NCBI GenBank assembly: GCA_965226885.1
Contig: CBDDEL010000011.1
Span: forward strand, 96,001-160,000
Length of the DNA: 64,000 bases
Direction: 5' to 3'
From: Opitutales bacterium
GTDB lineage: Bacteria > Verrucomicrobiota > Verrucomicrobiia > Opitutales > UBA2987
The stretch's first letter is position 1. Each line of letters begins with the position of its first letter. The notes under the pieces were generated by a model. The model was not told the DNA's origin. It did no database searches and worked only from the letters and a program-made list of their open reading frames with translations. Both the position numbers and the translations under genes were made by a program. Positions 1 to 8,468 of this stretch are shown in pieces.

Positions 1-271
1 TGAAAAGCGCCACCATCTCCGGCATACCGGTCATGGCCACTTTTTTAGCAGCCACCGTCCCGATAAGCCCGCCGAGGACGAGTCCGGCAATAATCCAGGT
101 ATAACCGAGGATATCCTGGTCCACCAGTGTCACCACGATGGCAATGAGCATGCCGATGGAGGAAATGCGGTTGCCCCTGCGCGCGGTCGTGGCCGACCCC
201 AGCATTTTGATGCCGTAGATGAAAAGAATGGCGGCCGCGATGTAGGCCAGGTTGATGGCGGTCTGGGCCAT
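1..271 (-). CDS. pntB: NAD(P) transhydrogenase subunit beta (5' part, truncated by window edge)
   Basis: Manual translation from CAT at 269-271: MAQTAINLAYIAAAILFIYGIKMLGSATTARRGNRISS...MTGMPEMVALF; follows pntA genes. Confidence 0.93.
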   Translation of the reverse strand, partial: MAQTAINLAYIAAAILFIYGIKMLGSATTARRGNRISSIGMLIAIVVTLVDQDILGYTWIIAGLVLGGLIGTVAAKKVAMTGMPEMVALF

Positions 272-273
272 GA

Positions 274-564
274 TTATTTCTTCTCCTCCTTTTTGTGAAA
301 CATGGCCAGCATGCGGTCCGTCACGAGGTAACCGCCGGCCACATTGATGGAGGCGAAGACCACTGCCAGAAATCCCAGGATCATGGCCAGCGACCCATCG
401 GCGTTGCCGCCTGTGGCCAGGATCGCTCCCACGATGGTGATGCCGCTGATGGCGTTGGAGCCGGACATGAGCGGAGTGTGCAATTGGGAGGGAACTTTGG
501 CGATCAGTTCAAAGCCCAGGAAAGCGGCCAGGATGAAGATAAAGAACAGTAATACGAGGCTCAT
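274..564 (-). CDS. pntA: NAD(P) transhydrogenase subunit alpha, part 2 (membrane domain)
   Basis: LHTPLMSGSNAISG motif, hydrophobic 96 aa, lies between pntA part 1 and pntB. Confidence 0.93.
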   Translation of the reverse strand: MSLVLLFFIFILAAFLGFELIAKVPSQLHTPLMSGSNAISGITIVGAILATGGNADGSLAMILGFLAVVFASINVAGGYLVTDRMLAMFHKKEEKK

Positions 565-627
565 GGTCTTTGTTTTGTTTTATGAATTATTGAAAATTAA
601 AAGCGCAGGTAAGGATTTTTGCGGAAT

Positions 628-1758
628 TCAGGCGTCCTTGAACTTCGGGTGGATGATTTTGCCGCCGTGGGTGATGAGGCAGCCCTGGATGATTTCGTCT
701 TCCAGATCCAGGTTGAGCGTTTTGTTTTCCTGGTCCCAAAAATGCTCAATCAGGCTGGTTAGGTTGTAGGCATAAACCTGGCTGGCGTGATGGCCGACCT
801 GTCCTTCCAGATTGCCTTCGCCTATTATGAGGACGCCGTTTTCGGTAAACACATCTTCGTTCAAACGGGAGCCCTCCACATTGCCGCCGGATTCCACCGC
901 GAGGTCCACAACGACGCTGCCACGACTCATCTGGCCGACCATTTCCGCCGTCAGGATGACCGGCGCTTTGCGGCCGAAAAGTTTGGCTGTGGTGATGACA
1001 ATATCGCTGCGGGCGCAGGCCTCGGCCATGCCCTTGCGCTGCAATTCTATTTGCTCGGGGGTCAACTCCTTGGCGTAGCCCTGCTCGGTCTGGCCCATTT
1101 CACCGAGATCGATTTTAACGAATTTCGCCCCCAGTGATTTCACCTGCTCTTCCACCACCGGGCGGGTGTCGAAAGCCTCCACCCGGGCTCCCAGGCGCTT
1201 GGCTGTGGCGATGGCCTGCAACCCTGCCACGCCCACCCCAATAACGAATACCCGCGCCGGGGAAATGGTTCCGGCCGGTGTCATCATCATGGGCAAAATT
1301 TTATTCATCCGCTCGGCCGCCCTGATGACGGCGTAATACCCGGCCAAATTGGCCTGGGAGGAGAGCACATCCATTTTCTGGGCCAGGGTGGTGCGGGGCA
1401 TCATTTCCATGCTGATGGCGCTCACCCCGGCCTTGGCAAATGTCTGCAGGAGGTCTTTTTCCTGAAATGGATCGAGAAAACTGATGTGAATCACCCCGCT
1501 TTTCAGCTGGCCGATTTCCTCTTCCGACGGTTTGCGGACCCGCATCACGATATCGGCCGAACCGAGGGCCTGGGCTCTGTCTTCGACGATGGAAGCGCCC
1601 GCTTCCTCGTAATCCTTGTCCTCGTAATCGCTGGCCAGGCCCAGCCCGGCTTCGACCTTCACGGCCAACCCGGCCTCGACCAGTTTTTTCACGCTCACCG
1701 GAATGAGGGCGGCGCGGTTCTCACCGGCAAAAGTCTCTTTGGGGACAAACAGTTCCAT
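628..1758 (-). CDS. pntA: NAD(P) transhydrogenase subunit alpha, part 1 (NAD-binding domain I)
   Basis: AQKMDVLSSQANLAGY, GVGVAGLQAIATAKRLGA, DLAVESGGN motifs. Confidence 0.95.
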   Translation of the reverse strand: MELFVPKETFAGENRAALIPVSVKKLVEAGLAVKVEAGLGLASDYEDKDYEEAGASIVEDRAQALGSADIVMRVRKPSEEEIGQLKSGVIHISFLDPFQEKDLLQTFAKAGVSAISMEMMPRTTLAQKMDVLSSQANLAGYYAVIRAAERMNKILPMMMTPAGTISPARVFVIGVGVAGLQAIATAKRLGARVEAFDTRPVVEEQVKSLGAKFVKIDLGEMGQTEQGYAKELTPEQIELQRKGMAEACARSDIVITTAKLFGRKAPVILTAEMVGQMSRGSVVVDLAVESGGNVEGSRLNEDVFTENGVLIIGEGNLEGQVGHHASQVYAYNLTSLIEHFWDQENKTLNLDLEDEIIQGCLITHGGKIIHPKFKDA

Positions 1759-1891
1759 CTGGATTCTTTAATGAAAGTAGTAAAATTTTAATCAGTCTAT
1801 CGGTATTGTACCGGAAAATTTGCGTAAAATGAAGGCAAAATGAGGATAAACAGGTCCAAGTCGATAGTAAATCTTAATGTTTCCTTAATAA

Positions 1892-1965
1892 AACCGCAGA
1901 TTTCACAGATAGAGAAAGCGAATTTGGAGCCCACATTAATCATTTATCTGTGATTTTCCGTGGTT
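1892..1965. repeat. Imperfect intergenic inverted repeat (REP-like element or terminator)
   Basis: AACCGCAGATTTCACAGATA (1892-1911) pairs imperfectly with TATCTGTGATTTTCCGTGGTT (1945-1965). Confidence 0.5.
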
Positions 1966-2241
1966 GATCAACTCCGTAGCCCGTGCCCAAAGCTTCACGT
2001 TAGAAAAATAAGGGCTATGCTTCCAATCCGTCGAGGACCCCGCGCATGTAGGCAAAGGATTGTTTCATGCCGTTCAAGGGATTATACTTATCAATCTCAT
2101 ATTCGAGATTCGCGTATCCTTGGTAGTTCATTTTTTTGAGTTGTCTAAGTATTTCAACCATGGGCATTTCCCCTTCACTGACGTGTACTGGATTTGTTGG
2201 ACACGGGATTCTCTTATATTCATTGTTTATTGATTAGTGTG

Positions 2242-3159
2242 TCAGGCGGCTTGTTTTGGTAAAGGGTTTTGTTTTCTCGTTGCCCCCCATGGGGGGCAAA
2301 TATTTTCCTCGAATTGGACTGGGCTTTGGTAACTCAGAGAGGAATGTTTGCGATATCGGTTGTAGAAGATTTCCACGTATTCGAAGACAGTTGATCGCAG
2401 TTCGCGCTCGTCGGCAAAGTGGCGGCCTCGAATCGTGCTGGTCTTGAAGCGGCCGTAGAACGATTCCATGGCCGCGTTGTCGTAGCAGTTGCCTTGGGCG
2501 CTCATGCTCGGCTTCATGCCTAGTTCAGAGACCAGCCTCTGATAGTCGTCGCTGGCGTAGGGGCTGCCCCGATCGCTGTGATGAATAATCCCGGTGCGCA
2601 GTGTGCCGCGGGTCATGGCCGCGGCTTTGAGGGCCTTGCCAACCAGCTTCGCGTCGTTGTGGTTGGAAACGCTCCAGCCCAGCAGGCGTCGGCTGAACAG
2701 GTCCATCACCGTGGCCAAGTACATCCAACCGGCCAGGGTCCGTAGGTAGGTCGTGTCCGCCACCCAGACCTCGTCGATATGGGTCGGCTGGCCATGCTTT
2801 TTAAGCACATTGGGGCTGTAACCATAGGGATGGTTACTGTTGGTTTTTAATGGCTTAAAGCGTTTACTCTGGGTGCTTTTGATTCCCATTTCACGCATCA
2901 GACGCAGAGCCCGGTCACGGCCGCAATCGATGCCCTCATCATCCTTCAGATGGCGGTGCATTGGCCGATGCCCATAGCGGCCCTTGGCCTCTTTGTGTAC
3001 CTTCAGGATCGCCCCCTTGATTCCCTCGTCCTCGATCCGCCGGGCCGAGGGCGCTCGGTGCCTCCAGCAGTAATAGCCACTGCGACAAATCCCCATCGCC
3101 GAGCATATTTCCTCGATCTTGAAGCGCCCCTCGTTGTCTTTGACAAACTGGTACTTCAT
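2242..3159 (-). CDS. IS3-family transposase OrfB (DDE integrase core)
   Basis: WVADTTY, HHSDRGSPY, GNCYDNAAMESF motifs; ATG at 3159 overlaps the orfA stop (ATGA). Confidence 0.9.
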   Translation of the reverse strand: MKYQFVKDNEGRFKIEEICSAMGICRSGYYCWRHRAPSARRIEDEGIKGAILKVHKEAKGRYGHRPMHRHLKDDEGIDCGRDRALRLMREMGIKSTQSKRFKPLKTNSNHPYGYSPNVLKKHGQPTHIDEVWVADTTYLRTLAGWMYLATVMDLFSRRLLGWSVSNHNDAKLVGKALKAAAMTRGTLRTGIIHHSDRGSPYASDDYQRLVSELGMKPSMSAQGNCYDNAAMESFYGRFKTSTIRGRHFADERELRSTVFEYVEIFYNRYRKHSSLSYQSPVQFEENICPPWGATRKQNPLPKQAA

Positions 3160-3193
3160 TGTTCGTCCTTGGCAAAGTAGCCCACCGTTTTTT

Positions 3194-3989
3194 GGTAGTG
3201 TTAACATGACGAATGTTTGATATTGCTGTTGTATTCCCAGATGAACAAGCACAGGACGCGAAAATGCATGACCAAAGACTTCGAGAATGACAGCGTTTTA
3301 CGCACATAGCGTGACAGGGACTGTCGCAAGGTATTGTTCCAGCGTTCGATATGGGCGGTTTGGCCGGATTGTTTCCCGCTGGCGCTGTTGTGAGGGAAAA
3401 CCTTGTCGTAGCTTTCCCAGTAATCGCTTACGGTGGCACAGTCGCGATAGGGCTGGGCGATGTTGTGATACAACTGCCAGCACGTTTGATCGCTACGATC
3501 ACCCAGAGAAAACCCGACGACCTGTCGGGTACGTCGACACAAGGCTACCCATAGCCATACCTGCCCCGAACGCTTATCGCCCCAGAATGACCACACCTCG
3601 TCCAGTCCCAGCACATCACTACACTGGCGGGCAAGCAGAGTGGACTCCAGCTTCGGCAAACTCAGGACTTTTTTTTAATCCATTCGATGACCGTCTTTGG
3701 GGCTACCCCGAAGGTACGGTAAATGGCACGCAGGCTCATCCGGTTTTGGTGCGCACGGAGCACCTGCTTGACCAGCGCCGGAGGATGCTCACGACTTTTG
3801 GGGTGAAGCCGAAACTGATAACCACACCCCTTGCATCGATACTTCTGAACCCCTTTCGGATCCTTGCCGTGCTTGATGATGTGATCGCTTCCGCATTGAG
3901 GACATTTTACTGTGATATGGACCATTCCCAGTTCACAACATAATCACGCTAAAAAGTACAGCTTAAACATTCAAAATGTTAACACTACC
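3194..3989 (-). mobile_element. IS1-family insertion sequence (796 bp) nested in IS3
   Basis: Perfect IR GGTAGTGTTAACAT; 8-bp TSD CGTTTTTT at 3186-3193 and 3990-3997. Confidence 0.93.
3201..3925 (-). CDS. IS1 transposase InsA (3662-3925) / InsB (3201-~3670), probably fused by -1 frameshift
   Basis: InsA zinc finger CPQC...CKGC plus HTH; A8G run near 3668-3676; InsB LDEVWSF, SDYW, HIERWNNTLRQ motifs. Confidence 0.88.
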
Positions 3990-4688
3990 CGTTTTTTTTA
4001 GTATCTGGTTGATCCGCTCCGAGCGGCGCAGCTCTTTGCGAAGACGATCTATCTCGGCCGCCATCTCCTTCGGACTGCTCTGTCGCTTTGAGGTGGCTTC
4101 GCCCTGCTGATCGTCCAGATAGAGCCTCTTCCACCTATACAATTGGTTGGTGTTGACCCCAAGTTTGGTCGATACCTCGGTGGCGCTCAGACCATCGAGT
4201 ATCATCAGTTGAACTGCCTCATTTTTGAACTCTATACTGCGTCTTCTTCCCATGCTTCGATTCTCCATTTAGGAGAATCTCGTGTCCACTTTTTCCAGTG
4301 CACATCACACCGACAACGCACTGACTTTCCTTGTCCGTCAAATCCCGCAGGTCCTTAATATGCATGTCGAGAACATGGTCTCCGGCATCCGCAATTTCCT
4401 GTACGACATCCGCGCCGGTTCGTACCGTATGGCCGATATCAACACACAGTCCAAACCGTGGGTCCATGTCCCTTATAAGCCTGAGAGCATCGCTTGGACG
4501 AGGATAATATTCGTCTTCGGGGCCATGATTATGAATGGCAACCTTTATATCATATTTCTTAACGAATTTTTCGATTCGCTTTAAATTGTCTTTTGTGGGG
4601 GCGATGACCAGCAACGGCATTCCCGCATGTTTTGCATACTCGAAAAACGTCTGCACATGCTCGTCGGTATCCTCTCTAATATTGTTAT

Positions 4689-4736
4689 TGCCCCCGCCCA
4701 CAATTGCCCCCGCCCACAATTGCCCCCGCCCACAAT
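4689..4736. repeat. 16-bp tandem repeat x3 (TGCCCCCGCCCACAAT)
   Basis: Three perfect copies at 4689, 4705 and 4721; a single copy restores the isomerase frame (LKIVGGGNNNIRED). Confidence 0.95.
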
Positions 4737-4876
4737 TTTCAGGCCGGCATCCTCAAACTCTGCTCTGCCTTTCTGCAATTCCTCCTCAGAAAGATAATAG
4801 GGCAGGTGATGTGACTTAATGTTAATGAAAGGCGACCCAAGCTCCTTAACAACATCAATAGCCTGATGCCTGCTAA

Positions 4877-6443
4877 CCCGGATATTTCATGAAGGGTAAA
4901 GTTTGGCTCGTTATTGCTATTGGAGATGGATTTCTTTGTATTTTGAGCAGATCGTCTTGATTTTTAGGTGTTTTTCAGGGTGTAGAGACACTGCCCCCTT
5001 TCCCCCATTGGTTCGGTAGTGCCGGGGGCAGCACCAATGCACCCTTTAGGTTGGCACCAATCGGCGGGCCGCATGGTTGAAAAGACTGGCCCAAGGATAA
5101 CTCTCACTTAGGTGAAAGTGAATCGTTCGGGTGTTGCGCACGATGACCGCTCCGATCTTGATTAATTTGAGCCGCAGGGTGTGGCATTGGGCCCGCGCCC
5201 ACTTCGTCCCTTTTAAGGCTAACCGGCGCATGGCTTCCATCAAGGTGTAGGCCAGCGCCGACAAGAGCAATCGCCACTGATTGGCCCACCATTGATGGGC
5301 GCTGGTGCGCTCGCTGAACAATTGCATCTGTTCCTTGATTCGGTTCTCCATTTCACCGCGGCCACAGTATACCTTGTCGTAAAGCTCCTGGGGATCGCCC
5401 GGCAGGTTCGTCACCACGAAGCGCGGGTTGGACCCCTGTGCGGTGTGTTCGGCTTTATGGATGACCAACCGCAGCCATCGCCACGAATCGGCAGCATAGA
5501 CGAGGTCCTGGAATAACCGTTGTTTTTTACCCCTTAGTTCGAACCATTCTTTGGCCTGCTTTTGCAACTGCTGGGCGTCTTGCTGCAAGCGTGCATTGCG
5601 AGCCATCCCCACGATGTAACTAACTTCGTTGCGGTCGCACCAAGAGAGTATCCGGTCTCGACAAAATCCACTGTCGGCGCGCCAAATAATCCGCGTACGG
5701 GGCCAGCTTTGGCGAATCCGTTTAACCAGCAATTTGAGGATGGCCCCGGCATGCTTGCTGGCATCGATCTTGCTCGGCCGCAGGTAGGCCACCAGCAGCT
5801 GATCACCGCAAAAAACATATAGCGGCAGAAAACAGTAATGATCATAATAACCGTGGAAAAAACGTCCCTCCTGGAGCCCGTGCACCGGATTGTCGGTGCC
5901 GTCAAAGTCCAGGATGATCTCTTCGGGTTCCTCGGCAAAGGAGCCCATGAACTGTTCGACCAACAGCTCGTTTACCGCAAAGGCCGCCCGCCGATCCTGC
6001 CCGTTTTCAAAACGACACAAAGTCGGCGCGCTGGCCAACGTTTCAATGCGCCCCGTTACCGTTTGCAACAATGGATCGTGGCGCAGGGTATCAAAGTCGT
6101 TCAAATCCTCATAGCCCGCCACCAGCCCGTAAACGCGCTGCCGCAGCATCCCCAAGACCTCATGGCGTACTTTGCCCTTCTGCCGTTTGTCCACTAACTG
6201 TCGGGCCGCTCGTTCGGTCAAGCCCAACTGCCGATCCACTTCCCGGATCAAAAGCAGTCCGGCATCCGAAGTAACCTCTCCGCCCTTGAAATCAACCCGC
6301 ACACGGCGGCCTTTTACCCTTGTCAACTGTAGCTTTAATTGTTTACCTTTTGTCATCGCTGATATTGCTTTAATTATTGATCTATCCTGCTGTATATCAG
6401 CAGTTAAGCATATCAACGATACTTTTTTTACGAAATATCCGGG
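4877..6443 (-). mobile_element. IS1380-family insertion sequence, copy 1 (1567 bp)
   Basis: IR CCCGGATATTTCRTRAA; 4-bp TSD CTAA at 4873-4876 and 6444-6447. Confidence 0.93.
5046..6416 (-). CDS. IS1380-family DDE transposase
   Basis: TSDAGLLL, GYEDLND, LDFDGTD, RADSGF, RGEMENRIKEQ motifs; true start may be the downstream ATG (MTKGKQ). Confidence 0.92.
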   Translation of the reverse strand: MICLTADIQQDRSIIKAISAMTKGKQLKLQLTRVKGRRVRVDFKGGEVTSDAGLLLIREVDRQLGLTERAARQLVDKRQKGKVRHEVLGMLRQRVYGLVAGYEDLNDFDTLRHDPLLQTVTGRIETLASAPTLCRFENGQDRRAAFAVNELLVEQFMGSFAEEPEEIILDFDGTDNPVHGLQEGRFFHGYYDHYCFLPLYVFCGDQLLVAYLRPSKIDASKHAGAILKLLVKRIRQSWPRTRIIWRADSGFCRDRILSWCDRNEVSYIVGMARNARLQQDAQQLQKQAKEWFELRGKKQRLFQDLVYAADSWRWLRLVIHKAEHTAQGSNPRFVVTNLPGDPQELYDKVYCGRGEMENRIKEQMQLFSERTSAHQWWANQWRLLLSALAYTLMEAMRRLALKGTKWARAQCHTLRLKLIKIGAVIVRNTRTIHFHLSESYPWASLFNHAARRLVPT

Positions 6444-6982
6444 CTAAGTTCGCGCAATGAATAACTGGCGACACCCAACTTTACCGGCCAGCTCTTTGAT
6501 TTACTTTCACCCGGCATCGGAGACCCGGATTCGGCCAAGCCAACATCAGGCAATAAAGAAGCCGCCGATACAGCGCCAGCAACCTTCAAAAATTCTCGTC
6601 GAGATTTGTTTTCCATTCGCTTTACTTCATTATCCAACACTACCAGGACACCACAATCCTTAATTATTTGAAATTGGGAGCTGGTGCTTTAAGATTTACG
6701 TGTGTTCGGAGAAAGGTTTTTACGTCTTCGGAAGGGGAACCAGATGTAAAATCCATATTGTCGAAATGCCAGCGAGAAAGGGTCTTTCTTTCGAGTTCAG
6801 TGAAACCGAAACATGAACCATAAATAGATACATCGACTTGGCAAGTTTCTCGAAGTTTTAAGCGAAATACATTGTCATCATGATAACCGAAACCAAGAAA
6901 TATTACTCGTTTAGCCTTTGAAAGGACGTTGCGAGCCTGCTGAAATTCTGGATCATCCTCAACAGCTTCTGAAACAATTTTT

Positions 6983-7800
6983 GGTAGTGTATTAAGTAGG
7001 AATGGTGGCTAATTCTTGATTATATTGATGAATGAAAAGTCTCAGACAGGTTTCATGCATACTCTTAAGCTTGGAAAAGGAGAGGGTTTTGCGTGTGAAA
7101 CGACCCAGTCGTTGGCGCAGGGTATTGTTCCATCGTTCCACATGGGCCGTTTCACCGGTTTCTTTTCCCACGGATCGGTTATGAGGAAAGACTTCATCAT
7201 AAGTGCTCCAAAAGTCGCTGTAGGTGGCACATCTTTTGTAGGCCCGTGGCAGACGCTCGTAAAGTTCCCGGCAACGATACCAATCCCGAGGCCCAATGGC
7301 ATAGGAGAGGATTTGACGGGTGCGTCGGCAAAGAGCGATCCAAACCCATTGGGCATCGTTCTTGCGCCCCACAAAAGACCACAGTTCGTCCAGTTCAATG
7401 ACCTCATGGCGGCGGGACCTCATGGCGGCGGGCCGCAAGAATCGTGCTTTTGAGCGGTCGCAGCGATTGTCGTTTTTTTTAACCAACTCAAAACGGTGTT
7501 GGGACTCACCCCGAAGGCGCGCTGTAAACCGCGTAGACTGCTGCGTTCCTGATAGACTCGAAGGATCATTTCTTTTTGCTCTTCGGTGTATTTCACTGTG
7601 GGGTTTTCGCGGCTTTGTTTACCACAATCATGGCAGCGGTAGCGCTGTTTATGGTTGGGCGTCTTGCCAAATTTAATGATATTTTCACTTCCACAGTGCC
7701 GACAATTAATAATTTTAGTAACCATGCACTAAGAATAAACTGCCTTACGCTATTTGTACAGCTAAAAATACCAAATAACATTCTTTTTTTATACACTACC
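6983..7800 (-). mobile_element. IS1-family insertion sequence (818 bp), distinct from the first IS1
   Basis: IR GGTAGTGTATWAA; 8-bp TSD CAATTTTT at 6975-6982 and 7801-7808. Confidence 0.93.
6992..7725 (-). CDS. IS1 transposase InsA (7420-7725) / InsB (6992-~7480), probably fused by -1 frameshift
   Basis: CRHC...CHDC zinc finger; A8C slippery run near 7472-7480; LDELWSFVG, SDFW, HVERWNNTLRQRL motifs. Confidence 0.88.
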
Positions 7801-8468
7801 CAATTTTTATGTTTCCAGTAGCGAGTTTGATGTTGTCAAGGTTGACATTTGATCGGTAAGGTCGTTCGTTTTTTGATCCATGAAAAGGTAGGTCCCCAAG
7901 ATTTCCATGTAGGTGGATAATGGGTATTGATTTGACAAGTTTAGCCGCTTCAGATTCTCCGCAATCGTAATTGTTTTTTAGGGCTGTAATGAGAAAATGT
8001 TCAAATGAACGGTCGTAACGGCCGTAATTGTACGTTAGTACAGATAATTGATTTTTTGGGAATTCTTCTTGAGATGCATCTAACATTCCCAAAAGATACT
8101 CATACCATTTTCCTGATTTCTTTTCTGGTTTATCTGGCTTATCTGGCTTAAAAAGTGCTTGAGTATTCTCGTAGGTGATTAAAACCTGAGCCATCGCAAC
8201 CTTACCTATAAAAATATGGTTTGGCCTTCGCTCGAGGAATGCGTCGACAGATGATAAACCAGAGTATTCGAGTGCTTCGCGAAAGACAGGTATTTTTTGC
8301 GGTTGATTAATAAAAAGACAAAGAGATTTAAAATCCTCAGAATTTTCGTTTCTGAGTCTCTCAACAATTAAATTTCTAAGTTCGGCACCCGAAGGATAAC
8401 CATAATCACGACTCGCGCCTGCTCCAAGAATTAATACGGTCGGTATCTGAATCATTTTACTTAATTAG

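Larger units (their letters stand above)
3156..4268 (-). pseudogene. IS3-family OrfA (HTH), interrupted by IS1 at its A-run
   Basis: EFKNEAVQL...LYRWKR...EIDRLRKELR...ILKKT|VGYFAKDEQ* is reconstituted after removing IS1 and the 8-bp TSD. Confidence 0.85.
2179..4307 (-). mobile_element. IS3-family insertion sequence (1325 bp after removing the nested IS1 and its TSD)
   Basis: IRs TGACGTGTACTGGATTTGTTGGACAC / TGATGTGCACTGGAAAAAGTGGACAC; 3-bp TSD CAC at 2176-2178 and 4308-4310; orfA/orfB organisation. Confidence 0.93.
2015..6616 (-). pseudogene. Tat-signal sugar phosphate isomerase/epimerase (xylose isomerase-like TIM barrel), split by IS1380 and IS3(::IS1) and frameshifted by a 16-bp triplication
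   Basis: Removing both ISs, their TSDs and 32 bp of extra repeat gives an 867-bp ORF (288 aa): MENKSRREFLK...KLGVASYSLRELSRHQAID...IHNHGPED...DIGH...HIKD...VGEGEMP...NLEYE...GLEA*. Confidence 0.88.
6664..8455 (-). pseudogene. SIR2-like (sirtuin/SIR2_2-type) protein split by IS1
   Basis: VLILGAGAS..YGYP, LTYNY..YD, IIHLHG and, past the IS, VIFLGFGY; removing IS1 and its TSD gives a 966-bp ORF (321 aa) ending at 6664; AT-rich. Confidence 0.8.

Noticed and set aside
2280..2299. Perfect 20-bp palindrome TTGCCCCCCATGGGGGGCAA
   Set aside because: Lies inside the 3' end of IS3 orfB and is single-copy; likely an element-internal hairpin
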